A stretch of DNA of 64,000 nt from an uncultured Bacillota bacterium (lineage in GTDB: Bacteria > Sysuimicrobiota > Sysuimicrobiia > Sysuimicrobiales > Segetimicrobiaceae), in NCBI GenBank assembly GCA_963804645.1, contig CAWDRG010000017.1, positions 32,001-96,000 on the forward strand. The letters run 5' to 3'. Made by a program: the position numbers and the translations under genes. The notes beneath the pieces were generated by a model. The model searched no databases and was not told the DNA's origin. It saw only the letters and a list, made by a program, of their open reading frames with translations. The first letter of the stretch is position 1, and the number at the start of each line of letters is the position of its first letter. Below are positions 20,360-29,174 of the stretch, piece by piece.

Positions 20360-21361
20360 ATGCCAGCATTCGCCTACTTCTGCGGCACCGAGCAGTTCCA
20401 GCCCGAGGTCCTGCTCGAGCACGCGGTGCGCGCCGAGGACGTCGGGTTTGACGCCCTCACGGTCTCCGACCATTTCCACCCGTGGGTCGATGACGCGTCC
20501 GCGGCGGGCGCCGCGTGGACCTGGCTCGGCGCGGCGGCCGTCCGCACCCGGCGCGTGCGCCTCGCCACCGCCGTGACCTGCCCCCTCTTCCGCTACCATC
20601 CGGGATTGGTCGCCCAGGCGGCGGCCACGGTCGACCGGCTGTCCGGCGGCCGGTTCGCGCTCGGCATCGGGAGCGGCGAGGGCATCAACGAACGCCCCCT
20701 CGGCTGGGACTTCCCAGGGTACAAGGAACGGTCCGCCCGCATGGCGGAAGCGATCGCGATCATGCGCGGCCTCCTCGACGGGAAGAAGCTCGATTTCACC
20801 GGGGAGCACTATCGGACGCGCGCCGCCAAGCTCTACAGCCCTCCGCGCGGCTACGTCCCGATCTGGATGTCGGCCGGCGGCAAGCAGTCCGCCGCGATGG
20901 CCGGCCGGCTCGCGGACGGGCTCATCGTCAGCGTCAAGGACCCGGTCGACGCGCACCAGCAGGTCATCGATCCCTTCCGGCAGGCCGCGCGCGAGGCGGG
21001 CCGGCCGACGCCGACGGTCGTCGCCCAGCGGTGGTCGATCCTCGCCCGCACCGAGGAGGAAGCCTGGCAGGCGCTCGCCGCGTGGCGGGGCCTCCGCGTC
21101 GAGGGCCGGCTCGACGAGGTGGACCCGGCCGTCCTCCGGCAGCGGGCCGACTCGATGGACCGCCGCGAGATCATCGCCAAGTACGCGTGGGCCCGCACGC
21201 CCGCGGAACTGGTGGAGGTGTACCGACCGTTGGTCGAGGTCGGGGCGGACATCGTCACGGTCCAGGTCACGTCGGTCGACCAGGAGGCCACCCTCGACAT
21301 CCTCGGGACGGACGTGCTCCCCGCGCTGCGCCAGATCGTGCCTCCGGCCCCGCGCGCTTAG
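20360..21361 (+). CDS. F420-dependent LLM oxidoreductase, G6PDH/FGD-like family
   Basis: EQFQP, SDHFHPW, TAVTCPLFRYHP, GIGSGEGINE; ATG 20360 after GAGGAGG. Confidence 0.88.
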   Translation: MPAFAYFCGTEQFQPEVLLEHAVRAEDVGFDALTVSDHFHPWVDDASAAGAAWTWLGAAAVRTRRVRLATAVTCPLFRYHPGLVAQAAATVDRLSGGRFALGIGSGEGINERPLGWDFPGYKERSARMAEAIAIMRGLLDGKKLDFTGEHYRTRAAKLYSPPRGYVPIWMSAGGKQSAAMAGRLADGLIVSVKDPVDAHQQVIDPFRQAAREAGRPTPTVVAQRWSILARTEEEAWQALAAWRGLRVEGRLDEVDPAVLRQRADSMDRREIIAKYAWARTPAELVEVYRPLVEVGADIVTVQVTSVDQEATLDILGTDVLPALRQIVPPAPRA

Positions 21362-22293
21362 GAGCGAAACACCGCCAGGGGCAGCAGCGCGCTGACGACG
21401 TACTGTCCCGCGTCGACGATCTCCGAGATCCGCAGGTCGACGCACAAGCTCGCGAGCACGTAGGCGTCCTGTGCCGACAGCCCGTACTGCCCGGAGAGAT
21501 GCGCGATCATCGCCCGCACGGCGTCCTGGGCCGCCCGGTACACGTCCGGCCCCACTCCCGTCGTGCCGTACCATCCGCCGTCGTTGACCCGGGGGGCCAG
21601 CGGACCCGGGACCGAGAACTGCGGCGCAGGAAGGCGGCGGCCGGGCTCGAGCGTCAGCCGCAGCGACGCGTACATCGGCGCCTCGACCGCGGTGACGCAG
21701 ATCTCGCCGTCGCCCTGCGCGGCGTGCGCGTCGCCCACGCTGAACAGCGCCCCGTCGACGTGCACCGGCAGATACAGCGTCGAGCCGCGCGTGAGCTGAC
21801 GGGTGTCCATGTTGCCCCCAAACGTCCCGGGCGGCATGATCGGCTGCTTCGCCGCGCCGGCCGGGCAGACGCCCATCGTGCCGAAGAACGGCTCGATCGG
21901 AACCGCGATGTCGTCGCGCAGGTACGCGGCGTCCCCGTTGGTCAGATCGAAGATCCGGAGGTACGGCTCCTTGAACTCCTCCGGCAGCAGCCCGAGTCCG
22001 GGCAGGATGGCGGCCCACCCCCACCCCTCGGAGTGCATCTCGAGGATCTCCACGGCCAGGGTGTCGCCCTCCCGCGCCCCCCGCACCCGCACCGGCCCGG
22101 CGAGCGGGTACACGCGGTCCCAGTTCATCGACGCCAGCGCGTCGGAGGTCGACGCGGGGCTGAGCTGATTGTCGCTCACGTCGCGGGTCCGCACCACGAT
22201 CACGTCGCCGCTGTCGATCGTCACCGCCGGTGGGTGGCCGACATCCCAGGTAAAGTGCACCGCGTCCGCCGGCACGTAATGCGTCGCCGCCAT
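21358..22293 (-). CDS. Acetamidase/formamidase family protein
   Basis: GPVRVRGA..GDTL.VEI, PFFGTMGV, FGGNMD, GALFSVGDAHAAQGDGE, AYVLASLCVDLRISEIVD. Confidence 0.93.
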   Translation of the reverse strand: MAATHYVPADAVHFTWDVGHPPAVTIDSGDVIVVRTRDVSDNQLSPASTSDALASMNWDRVYPLAGPVRVRGAREGDTLAVEILEMHSEGWGWAAILPGLGLLPEEFKEPYLRIFDLTNGDAAYLRDDIAVPIEPFFGTMGVCPAGAAKQPIMPPGTFGGNMDTRQLTRGSTLYLPVHVDGALFSVGDAHAAQGDGEICVTAVEAPMYASLRLTLEPGRRLPAPQFSVPGPLAPRVNDGGWYGTTGVGPDVYRAAQDAVRAMIAHLSGQYGLSAQDAYVLASLCVDLRISEIVDAGQYVVSALLPLAVFRS

Positions 22294-22377
22294 CGCCGTC
22301 CTCCGTCTCCGTCGCCGTCCGTCGGAACCCTTCCCCGGCGGACCCGACTGTCCTGCGGGGCGCACGCCTGCGGCGCG

Positions 22378-23592
22378 CTAGGCTCCGTCGCCCTTGCCGA
22401 GTTCGTTATCGAACAACCGGTCCATGAGGTGCTGGCCGGTGATCGGCTCGTCCGTCAGCGCCATCGCCAGCAGCTCTCCGCCCATGACGTCCGGCGCCAT
22501 CATGACGTCCGGACGGACCAGCTTGACACGCGCGAGGTGCTTGCCGTCGTTGACCACGACGAAGGTCTTCGCGGACCCCTTGAGCTCCTTGACGGCCAGC
22601 ACGATGAAAGCGTTCTCGGAGTCGTCGGCGCGCGCGACGACCACCGCCCGCGCGCGGTCCGCGTTGGCCGTGCGCAGGACCTCGACGTTGTTCGCGTCGC
22701 CGATCACGACGTCGTCCTTGTCGAACTCGCCGGTCTGGCCCTGCCCCAGAATAACCGTCACCGTCTGGCGGCGCCGCTTCAGCTCTCGGTAGGCGTTCTG
22801 CGCGACGGGGGTCGCGCCAACGATCAGAAAATGGTTGCTGCGGCTCATGTATCCCTCCCGTTGACCGCTGACGCGCGCGAAACTGGAACGGACGAGCGGG
22901 CCGACCACCGCGCTGATCGACGTCGCGAGCAGTCCGACACCGAGAAAAATGACCTGGATCGCGAACAGCCGGGCCGCGTCGGTCGTCGGGACAATGTCCC
23001 CGTAGCCGACGGTCGTCATCGTCACGACCGTGTAGTAGAACGCGGTAAAGAGGCTCTTGATCGGCGGGGTAAACTGATCCCCGAGATAGAAGCTGCCGAA
23101 GGTCGCGTAGGTCAGCGCCGGCACGACCGCGATCATCACCACCAGCGCTGCGCCGCCCACGACGGATCGATCGAAGGACCGGTAGGCAAGCAACAGCGCC
23201 ACCACCAGCAGGCTGTCGAACGACTCCAGATACCGCCCGTACGGATGTCCGAACCGGACCACGAACAGCACGACGGAGAGCGTCAGCACCAGCGCGAACG
23301 CCCACGCCACGCGGGAGCGCAGCGCGAGCCCCACGGACACCGTCATCATCGCGGCGCCGATCAGCAGGTAGGGAAGGTCGGACGACCGGATCAGATTGGT
23401 GGCCCACACGCCGGTGGCCAGCGCGCCCCACGTCGATCCGAACGTGACCCAGAGGAGATGGCCGCCCGAGAACGCGAGCGCGGCGGCGAGCGGAATCTGC
23501 GGAAACCAGGCGGGGTTGCGAATCTGTCGCAGCGCGTCCCCAAGCGCCACGACCCACCCGCCGCGCGCCTGGCGCGTCTTCGCGTCCCGCAT
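22378..23592 (-). CDS. kch: Kch-type potassium channel with C-terminal RCK (TrkA-N) domain
   Basis: Multiple TM helices, selectivity filter TMTTVGYGD, HFLIVG RCK domain, DDSENAFIVLAVKE. Confidence 0.88.
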   Translation of the reverse strand: MRDAKTRQARGGWVVALGDALRQIRNPAWFPQIPLAAALAFSGGHLLWVTFGSTWGALATGVWATNLIRSSDLPYLLIGAAMMTVSVGLALRSRVAWAFALVLTLSVVLFVVRFGHPYGRYLESFDSLLVVALLLAYRSFDRSVVGGAALVVMIAVVPALTYATFGSFYLGDQFTPPIKSLFTAFYYTVVTMTTVGYGDIVPTTDAARLFAIQVIFLGVGLLATSISAVVGPLVRSSFARVSGQREGYMSRSNHFLIVGATPVAQNAYRELKRRRQTVTVILGQGQTGEFDKDDVVIGDANNVEVLRTANADRARAVVVARADDSENAFIVLAVKELKGSAKTFVVVNDGKHLARVKLVRPDVMMAPDVMGGELLAMALTDEPITGQHLMDRLFDNELGKGDGA

Positions 23593-23694
23593 CACGACAG
23601 GGGGCCGGATGCGACGGGCGCCTCGGGCCCGCCGACGCCTCCCGCGTCCCGCCGCCGCCCGCGGCACCGGCGGGACGCGCCCGTGAGGCGCGGG

Positions 23695-24543
23695 TCACCG
23701 CAGCAGATCTGGCGGCACCCCCTGCCCGTAGGGGCTCGTGACGTCCAAGGTCGCGAGATACCCGTACACCGTCCGCGACACGTCGGCGATAAATCGCTCC
23801 GCCACCGACCGGTCCGGCGGGCCGTACTTCGTCATGACGCAGATCGCGTACGGCCGGCGCTTCAAATAGACGATCGCCGCGTCGGTCTTGATCCGATCCA
23901 TGCCGCCCGGCTTGTTGGCGATCAGCACATCCTGCGGCAGGCCCTCCGCGATCCATCCGCGCTTCGGCTTCTTCAGAATGTTCAAGGTCTCGTCGCACAC
24001 GAAGCGGCTCAAGCCCTCGCCCCGATGCAGCGCCATCAGCATCTGCACGCCCTCCGCGGGTGAGGCGACGTTCTCGTCCCCGCGCAGCACCGACGCGTGA
24101 TCCTGCATCTTGCGGCGTAGCGTCGTCTTGGTCAGGCCGAGCTTCCGCAGCATGGCGTTGGTCCCGTCGATCGTCGCCCAATCGATGCACAGGTTTGTCG
24201 CCGTGTTGTCGGACACGATGATCATGAGGATGGCCACGTCGCGCATCGTCAGGTCCTCGGGATCGTCGAAGTACGTGAGCACCCCGCTCCCGGGCACGCG
24301 CACGGCCTGGTCGATGCGGATGCGCTGCGTAAGATCCAGCTCGCCAGCCTCGACGCGCTGCATCATGCGGGCGAGAATGTGGATCTTGATCATCGACGCG
24401 GTGGGGAACAGTTCGTCGGCGTGGATCGCGATCTGACGGTCGGTGGTCAGATCGCGCACGCAGAGGCCGGCCACCGCGGGAAAGCCGGCCACCTGCCGGT
24501 CGAGCTCGGCGGACAGCCGCCGCCACAACAACTCCTCGGACAT
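23695..24543 (-). CDS. Serine hydrolase, class A beta-lactamase-like fold, no signal peptide
   Basis: FPTASMIK (SxxK), IVSDNTATN (SDN), ANKPG (KxG). Confidence 0.88.
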   Translation of the reverse strand: MSEELLWRRLSAELDRQVAGFPAVAGLCVRDLTTDRQIAIHADELFPTASMIKIHILARMMQRVEAGELDLTQRIRIDQAVRVPGSGVLTYFDDPEDLTMRDVAILMIIVSDNTATNLCIDWATIDGTNAMLRKLGLTKTTLRRKMQDHASVLRGDENVASPAEGVQMLMALHRGEGLSRFVCDETLNILKKPKRGWIAEGLPQDVLIANKPGGMDRIKTDAAIVYLKRRPYAICVMTKYGPPDRSVAERFIADVSRTVYGYLATLDVTSPYGQGVPPDLLR

Positions 24544-24654
24544 GGTCCTCCCCCCTTCTGCAGCAGGCACGCCGCTGATCGTTCTCGGCCGCGCCGCTCA
24601 TGTCCTCGGTGCGCGCGCTGATCGTCGAGGGTCGGGGCGGCCCGTGCGTCGGGG

Positions 24655-25308
24655 CTAAGGGGCGGCCGTGCCGAAATCGCCGAGGTGATCGGTCGCCGCG
24701 AGCAGCTGCTGGCTCGCGGTAAACACCGTGGTCGGGAGCACGGTCCACTGCGCATCGCGCCGCAGCATCCGGCGGGCGTGGACCGGATAGCGCAGCACCA
24801 CGGTCACCGGCCGGAGCAGGGGGGCCGCGGTGTTGGAGTCGACGTACCGCGCATCGATGCGGTACGCATTCCCGTCGAACCGGCTGCCTGGCGGCGCGGC
24901 CGGGAGCGAGGCGGGGTCCATGGGCACGACCGTCACGCGGACGGGCGATCCGTCCGCCCGAGGGGCGATCGCCCCGGCCGGGAACGTCGCGATGGCCTGG
25001 CCGTCGTCGGTGGTGACCTCCACGGCGGGCGATCCCTGCGGCCCGAACCCCAGCACGGCCTCGGCAGAATCCGGGGGCTGGTTGTCGTGGGCGAGGGCCG
25101 CCGGAGGATGCTCCCAGTGATAGGGCGGCAGCGGGACCAGCCCATCGTAGAGCAGGCGCACCGGGGCCGGCCACGACAGCAGCACGGCCGCGACGTACAC
25201 GGCCGCCGCGGCTGCGCCCCAGGCCACCGCCCGCGGCAGACTCGGCGAGACCCGCGCGGCCTCGTCCGTGGCAGGTGCCGCCCCCGCCCCGCGCGCGCGG
25301 CCCCTCAT
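24655..25308 (-). CDS. Hypothetical membrane-anchored protein
   Basis: One hydrophobic helix, then LYDGL.P.PPYHW..PP and FDGNAYRI; start uncertain. Confidence 0.6.
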   Translation of the reverse strand: MRGRARGAGAAPATDEAARVSPSLPRAVAWGAAAAAVYVAAVLLSWPAPVRLLYDGLVPLPPYHWEHPPAALAHDNQPPDSAEAVLGFGPQGSPAVEVTTDDGQAIATFPAGAIAPRADGSPVRVTVVPMDPASLPAAPPGSRFDGNAYRIDARYVDSNTAAPLLRPVTVVLRYPVHARRMLRRDAQWTVLPTTVFTASQQLLAATDHLGDFGTAAP

Positions 25309-25320
25309 CCCCGCCGCGGG

Positions 25321-26415
25321 TCAGTGGGACGCGGACGTGCCGGTGGTCGACGGCGTCGTGAAGACCAGGTAGCCGAGCGTGTACGTCACGGTAAACTTGT
25401 GTCCCGCCCGCTGAGTGGTCTCGTTCCACGCGTCATAGTTGAGGCAGACGCGGTCGGTGGGAAGGTTCAGGTCGGTGAGGGCATGGATCATTTCGGGCGG
25501 CACGCTGTCGTTGATCTGCGCGAACACCCCGCCGCCCGAGTTGTCGACCGGCAGGCCGCGCTTAAACGAGAGCCAGGCGATCATGTGGAGCGGACGCTCT
25601 ACGTTCAGGGAGACGGCGAGGGAGTTGAGATAGGCGGCGTGCGGCGGCGCGTCGACGCACGACACGGCCTCGGCCTCCTGGTGCGAGGTCGGCCCGATGT
25701 CGTTCCCGGTGTGCGTCAGCGTCAGCGTGACCGTCGTGGTCAGGGGCAGCGGCAGCGGCGCGGCGCCGGGCGCGTGCGCCACGAGCGGCTGCGCGACGTC
25801 GATCGGGACCGCCAGGTTGAAGTTCTGCGCGCCCAACACCGAGGCGTCCACGATGCCGATCACCCGGCCGTCGGCGGCGAGGACGGGCCCGCCGCTGTTC
25901 CCCGGGTTGATCGGCGCGTCAATCTGGAGAAACTTCGATTCGACGTTGAGCGCGCTGACGATCCCCTGCGTGACCGTGAGCGTCGGATGCTCCGGCGAGG
26001 CCAGCGGGTACCCCAGCACCGTCACCGACTCCCCGAGCTGCACCGCGGCGGAGCTGGCGAGCGGGAGCGCGGCCGGCACAGACGGAGGGGTCTCGGCGAG
26101 ATGGAGCACGGCGACGTCCTGCTCCGTGTCGATCTCGACGACGTCCGCGGCGACCGCCGTCTGAGTGGGAAACTGCACCGTCACCTTCGTGGCCGTCGCG
26201 ACCACATGCAGCGCGGTCAGCAGCAGCCCGTTGCCGATCGCGAACGCCGTCCCGGACTCGTGCGGCTTGCCGTCGGTCCCGAACGACACCACGTACGCGA
26301 CCGACGGGGTGGCGCGGCTGACAAGGCTGACGACCCCCTGTGCGCGCGCGCCCGGCGGCGCAAGCGTGCAGATCACCAGCACCAGCATCGCGGTCATCGT
26401 GCCGAGCCGTCGCAT
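25321..26415 (-). CDS. Secreted trypsin-like (S1C) serine protease with a non-PDZ C-terminal domain
   Basis: Signal peptide, LTALHVV, QDVAVL, INPGNSGGP triad. Confidence 0.88.
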   Translation of the reverse strand: MRRLGTMTAMLVLVICTLAPPGARAQGVVSLVSRATPSVAYVVSFGTDGKPHESGTAFAIGNGLLLTALHVVATATKVTVQFPTQTAVAADVVEIDTEQDVAVLHLAETPPSVPAALPLASSAAVQLGESVTVLGYPLASPEHPTLTVTQGIVSALNVESKFLQIDAPINPGNSGGPVLAADGRVIGIVDASVLGAQNFNLAVPIDVAQPLVAHAPGAAPLPLPLTTTVTLTLTHTGNDIGPTSHQEAEAVSCVDAPPHAAYLNSLAVSLNVERPLHMIAWLSFKRGLPVDNSGGGVFAQINDSVPPEMIHALTDLNLPTDRVCLNYDAWNETTQRAGHKFTVTYTLGYLVFTTPSTTGTSASH

Positions 26416-26618
26416 ACAGATTCGACCCCTTCGCGTTCCGTGGCCCCGCTCGAGGATTCGCGCACGCCGCCGGGCCTCCCTGCGGCCATACGGCAACGGC
26501 GCCGCGCCCGTGCGCGGCGAGTCCCCGCGTCTCCTCTCGTCTACGGAATCGGCGCGGCGTAGGTTCGGATCGACGGGGCGAACGCAGGGACCGACGGGAC
26601 GCCGGGCGCGGGGTCGCG

Positions 26619-27743
26619 TCAGGACACCGTCCCGACGAGCTTGCCTGCGCGCATGGTATGCACCGCCGCCAGGTCCACGGTCCCTCGTTCGCTCGCGCCC
26701 TCGCTGTCGACGTACTCGACCGGCCCATCAAGCACCCGGAACACGGTAATATCGGCGCAGGCGCCCGGCCGGAGCGTCCCAAACTCCTCGGCGCGCCCGA
26801 TCGCGGCGGCCGGCCCGAGCGTCACGAGCCGCACCACGTCCGGGAGCGACAGCCCGAGGTGCAGAAACTTGGCCATGGTGCGGGCGAGCGTGAAGACGGG
26901 GCCCTTCACGTTGCCCTGGTGCAGATCGGTGGAGATGGAGTGGAGCGGAAAGCGCGCGGCGAGGGCCTGCCGCGCCGCCGTGAAGCAGAAGCTGCCCTGG
27001 CCGTGGCCGAGATCGAACCGCACGCCCCGTTCCGCCGCGGCCCAGGCTTCCGGCACCGGCCGGCCCCAGCGGTGCATGAGACCCCCCGGGTAGGCCTTGA
27101 AGCAGTGCGTCACGACGTCGCCGGGGCCGAGCGCGCTCAGGACGTCCTGGATCACCGGGGGTGCCACGCCGATGTGCACCATGAAGCCGGTGCGGGCCTC
27201 ACGCGCGGCCTGCAGACCGAGCTGCAGCGGGAGCAGGCCGAGGTTGCCGCAGTGGCGCTGGGACGCCAGGACTTTGATCCCGACGAGCAGGTCGCGGTGG
27301 GCCTCGGCGGTCGCAATCGTCCGCTTCTGGTCGAACAGGCTCCAGTCGCCGTGGATCGGCGACCCGCGCCGCGCCGACACGTTCAGATACCCGAGGACGC
27401 GCGTGGTCGCCCGGCCGGCCGTGTCCTGAAACGCGCCGAACTGGTCGGCCCCGAACGATCCGGTGTCCACCACCGTGGTCACGCCGGTGCGGACGCCGCA
27501 GTCCTCGTCCGGACGGACGCTGCCTTCGTGCGCGCCGTGGAGACAGTGCACGTGCAGGTCGATCCACCCCGCCGACGCGATCAGGCCGCGGGCGTCGACG
27601 ACCCGGCCCGCCTCCGCGCCGCCGAGATCGCACACCGCCCCAATCCGATCGCCGATCACGCCGATATCCGTCGGCCCGTCCAACCCCTGGGCGGCATCGA
27701 TCACCCGGGCACCGCGCACGATCACGTCGTACCGCTCGATCAT
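26619..27743 (-). CDS. Amidohydrolase/deacetylase (dihydroorotase-like metallohydrolase)
   Basis: GWIDLHVH, GVTTVVDTGS, GIKV, MVHIG, VTHCF, DLGHG.GSF, ISTDLH. Confidence 0.9.
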   Translation of the reverse strand: MIERYDVIVRGARVIDAAQGLDGPTDIGVIGDRIGAVCDLGGAEAGRVVDARGLIASAGWIDLHVHCLHGAHEGSVRPDEDCGVRTGVTTVVDTGSFGADQFGAFQDTAGRATTRVLGYLNVSARRGSPIHGDWSLFDQKRTIATAEAHRDLLVGIKVLASQRHCGNLGLLPLQLGLQAAREARTGFMVHIGVAPPVIQDVLSALGPGDVVTHCFKAYPGGLMHRWGRPVPEAWAAAERGVRFDLGHGQGSFCFTAARQALAARFPLHSISTDLHQGNVKGPVFTLARTMAKFLHLGLSLPDVVRLVTLGPAAAIGRAEEFGTLRPGACADITVFRVLDGPVEYVDSEGASERGTVDLAAVHTMRAGKLVGTVS

Positions 27744-29143
27744 CGCTGCCCCCCGTCCGGCTCCGCGACCATGCGCATCGCGTCTCCAAGCCGCCGCACG
27801 TCGTCGAGCTCGTCAAGGTGCGACACCAGGTCGGCGAGCTCCCGCGCGCGTGCGTCCCCGCACGCGCGGGACGCCATCGACAGGTATTTCGCGAGCACCT
27901 CGTCGTCCGTCATCGGGTTCTCGGGCGTGCCTTTCGCGCGGTCCACCCGGCCGCGCAGCTCCCGCCCGTCGGTCAGCGCGACCGAGACGATGCTGCTGTA
28001 CTCGTCCGGGTAGTGTGCGTCGAGCGCGTCGTCGTGCACCACCCGCACCTGGCGCGACAGCCGCGCGACCTCCGGGTCCTCGCGCCGGTCGGTCAGGATG
28101 TCGTCGATCGTGATCTCGCCGCGCACCGCGGCCACCGGCAGGATGTACTGCGCATTGTGGGACCGCAGCGCGTTGTTGTCGATCACGGACGCGCCGGACT
28201 TCGGAAAGCGCAGCTCGATGGCCGCGATGTCCCGCGAGGCGACGCGCTCGGTCCCGAGGAGGGCCAGCAGCGCGTCGAGACCCGGATGCAGAAACGCACA
28301 GCACGAGTACCGCTTGATCGCAAACCCCGACACCGCGAACCGGCGGCCGAGGCCGTCCGTGAGCCGCTCCGGGCGCCGGACGCCCGAGAACGCGTGGAAG
28401 ATGTCGTACTTCCCCTCGAGCACGGCGGCCGGCCCGCCGAAGCCGAGCGCGGCGAGACTCGCGGCGGTCACGCCGTTTCGGGCGGCGATCCCGATGTTCA
28501 GGGGGCGGGACTGCTCGCTGGGATCGCTGGTCCAGCTCAGCAGCCCGGACGCCTGCAGGGCCGCCAGTCCGAGGGCGCTGCGCCAGGCGTCGCGTCCGAG
28601 CCGCAGGAGGCAGCCGGCCGCCGCGGCCGCGCCAAACGTCCCCGCCACCGCGGATGGGTGAAAGCCGCGCGCGTACAGCGCGCGCGGATCCAGCGCCTCG
28701 CTCATCCGACACGCCAGGTCGATGCCCACCGCGCACGCGGTGAGCACGGCGCCGCCCTGGGCGCCCTCCGCCTCCCCGACCGCGAGCGCGGACGGGACCA
28801 CCGCGGCGACCGCGTGCATGACCGAGGCGACGTGATGCGGCTCGACGTCGCAGTAGTATCCGAACGTCCCGTTCACGAGCGCGGCGCTTGTCATCGACGT
28901 GCGGGCGGGCCGCCCGAACACGCTCGCCCGCGGCGCGCCGCCCTCCGCGTCGATGAACGCCCGGAGGAGGCGTCCCGCCGCAAACCTCGGCGACGCCGCC
29001 GTCACGGAGGCGCCGAACAGATCCAGGATCAACCGCTTGGTCGGCGCCAGCACCGCCGCCTCAAGCGGCAGCGTCCCGGCTCCGGTCAGATACTCCACCA
29101 GGAGGGGGGTAAGCTCGACGGGCTGCTCCGGCACGGATCTCAT
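27740..29143 (-). CDS. MmgE/PrpD family protein
   Basis: AALVNGT...D..PHH, GFHPSAV.GTFGAAAA, IKRYSCCAFLH, KGTPENPM. Confidence 0.92.
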   Translation of the reverse strand: MRSVPEQPVELTPLLVEYLTGAGTLPLEAAVLAPTKRLILDLFGASVTAASPRFAAGRLLRAFIDAEGGAPRASVFGRPARTSMTSAALVNGTFGYYCDVEPHHVASVMHAVAAVVPSALAVGEAEGAQGGAVLTACAVGIDLACRMSEALDPRALYARGFHPSAVAGTFGAAAAAGCLLRLGRDAWRSALGLAALQASGLLSWTSDPSEQSRPLNIGIAARNGVTAASLAALGFGGPAAVLEGKYDIFHAFSGVRRPERLTDGLGRRFAVSGFAIKRYSCCAFLHPGLDALLALLGTERVASRDIAAIELRFPKSGASVIDNNALRSHNAQYILPVAAVRGEITIDDILTDRREDPEVARLSRQVRVVHDDALDAHYPDEYSSIVSVALTDGRELRGRVDRAKGTPENPMTDDEVLAKYLSMASRACGDARARELADLVSHLDELDDVRRLGDAMRMVAEPDGGQR

Positions 29144-29174
29144 CGCTCGATCACCTCGGTGTGCGCGCCCGCCG

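Noticed and set aside
20515..24063. 1182-aa plus-strand ORF, and similar long ORFs such as 11808..14441, 22406..25429 and 41398..44229
   Set aside because: Arg/Gly/Pro-rich shadow frames over clearly recognisable genes, as expected at this GC content
23695..24543. Possible antibiotic-resistance beta-lactamase
   Set aside because: No signal peptide and no recognisable omega-loop ExxLN (it reads RRKMQD), so more likely a cytoplasmic serine hydrolase
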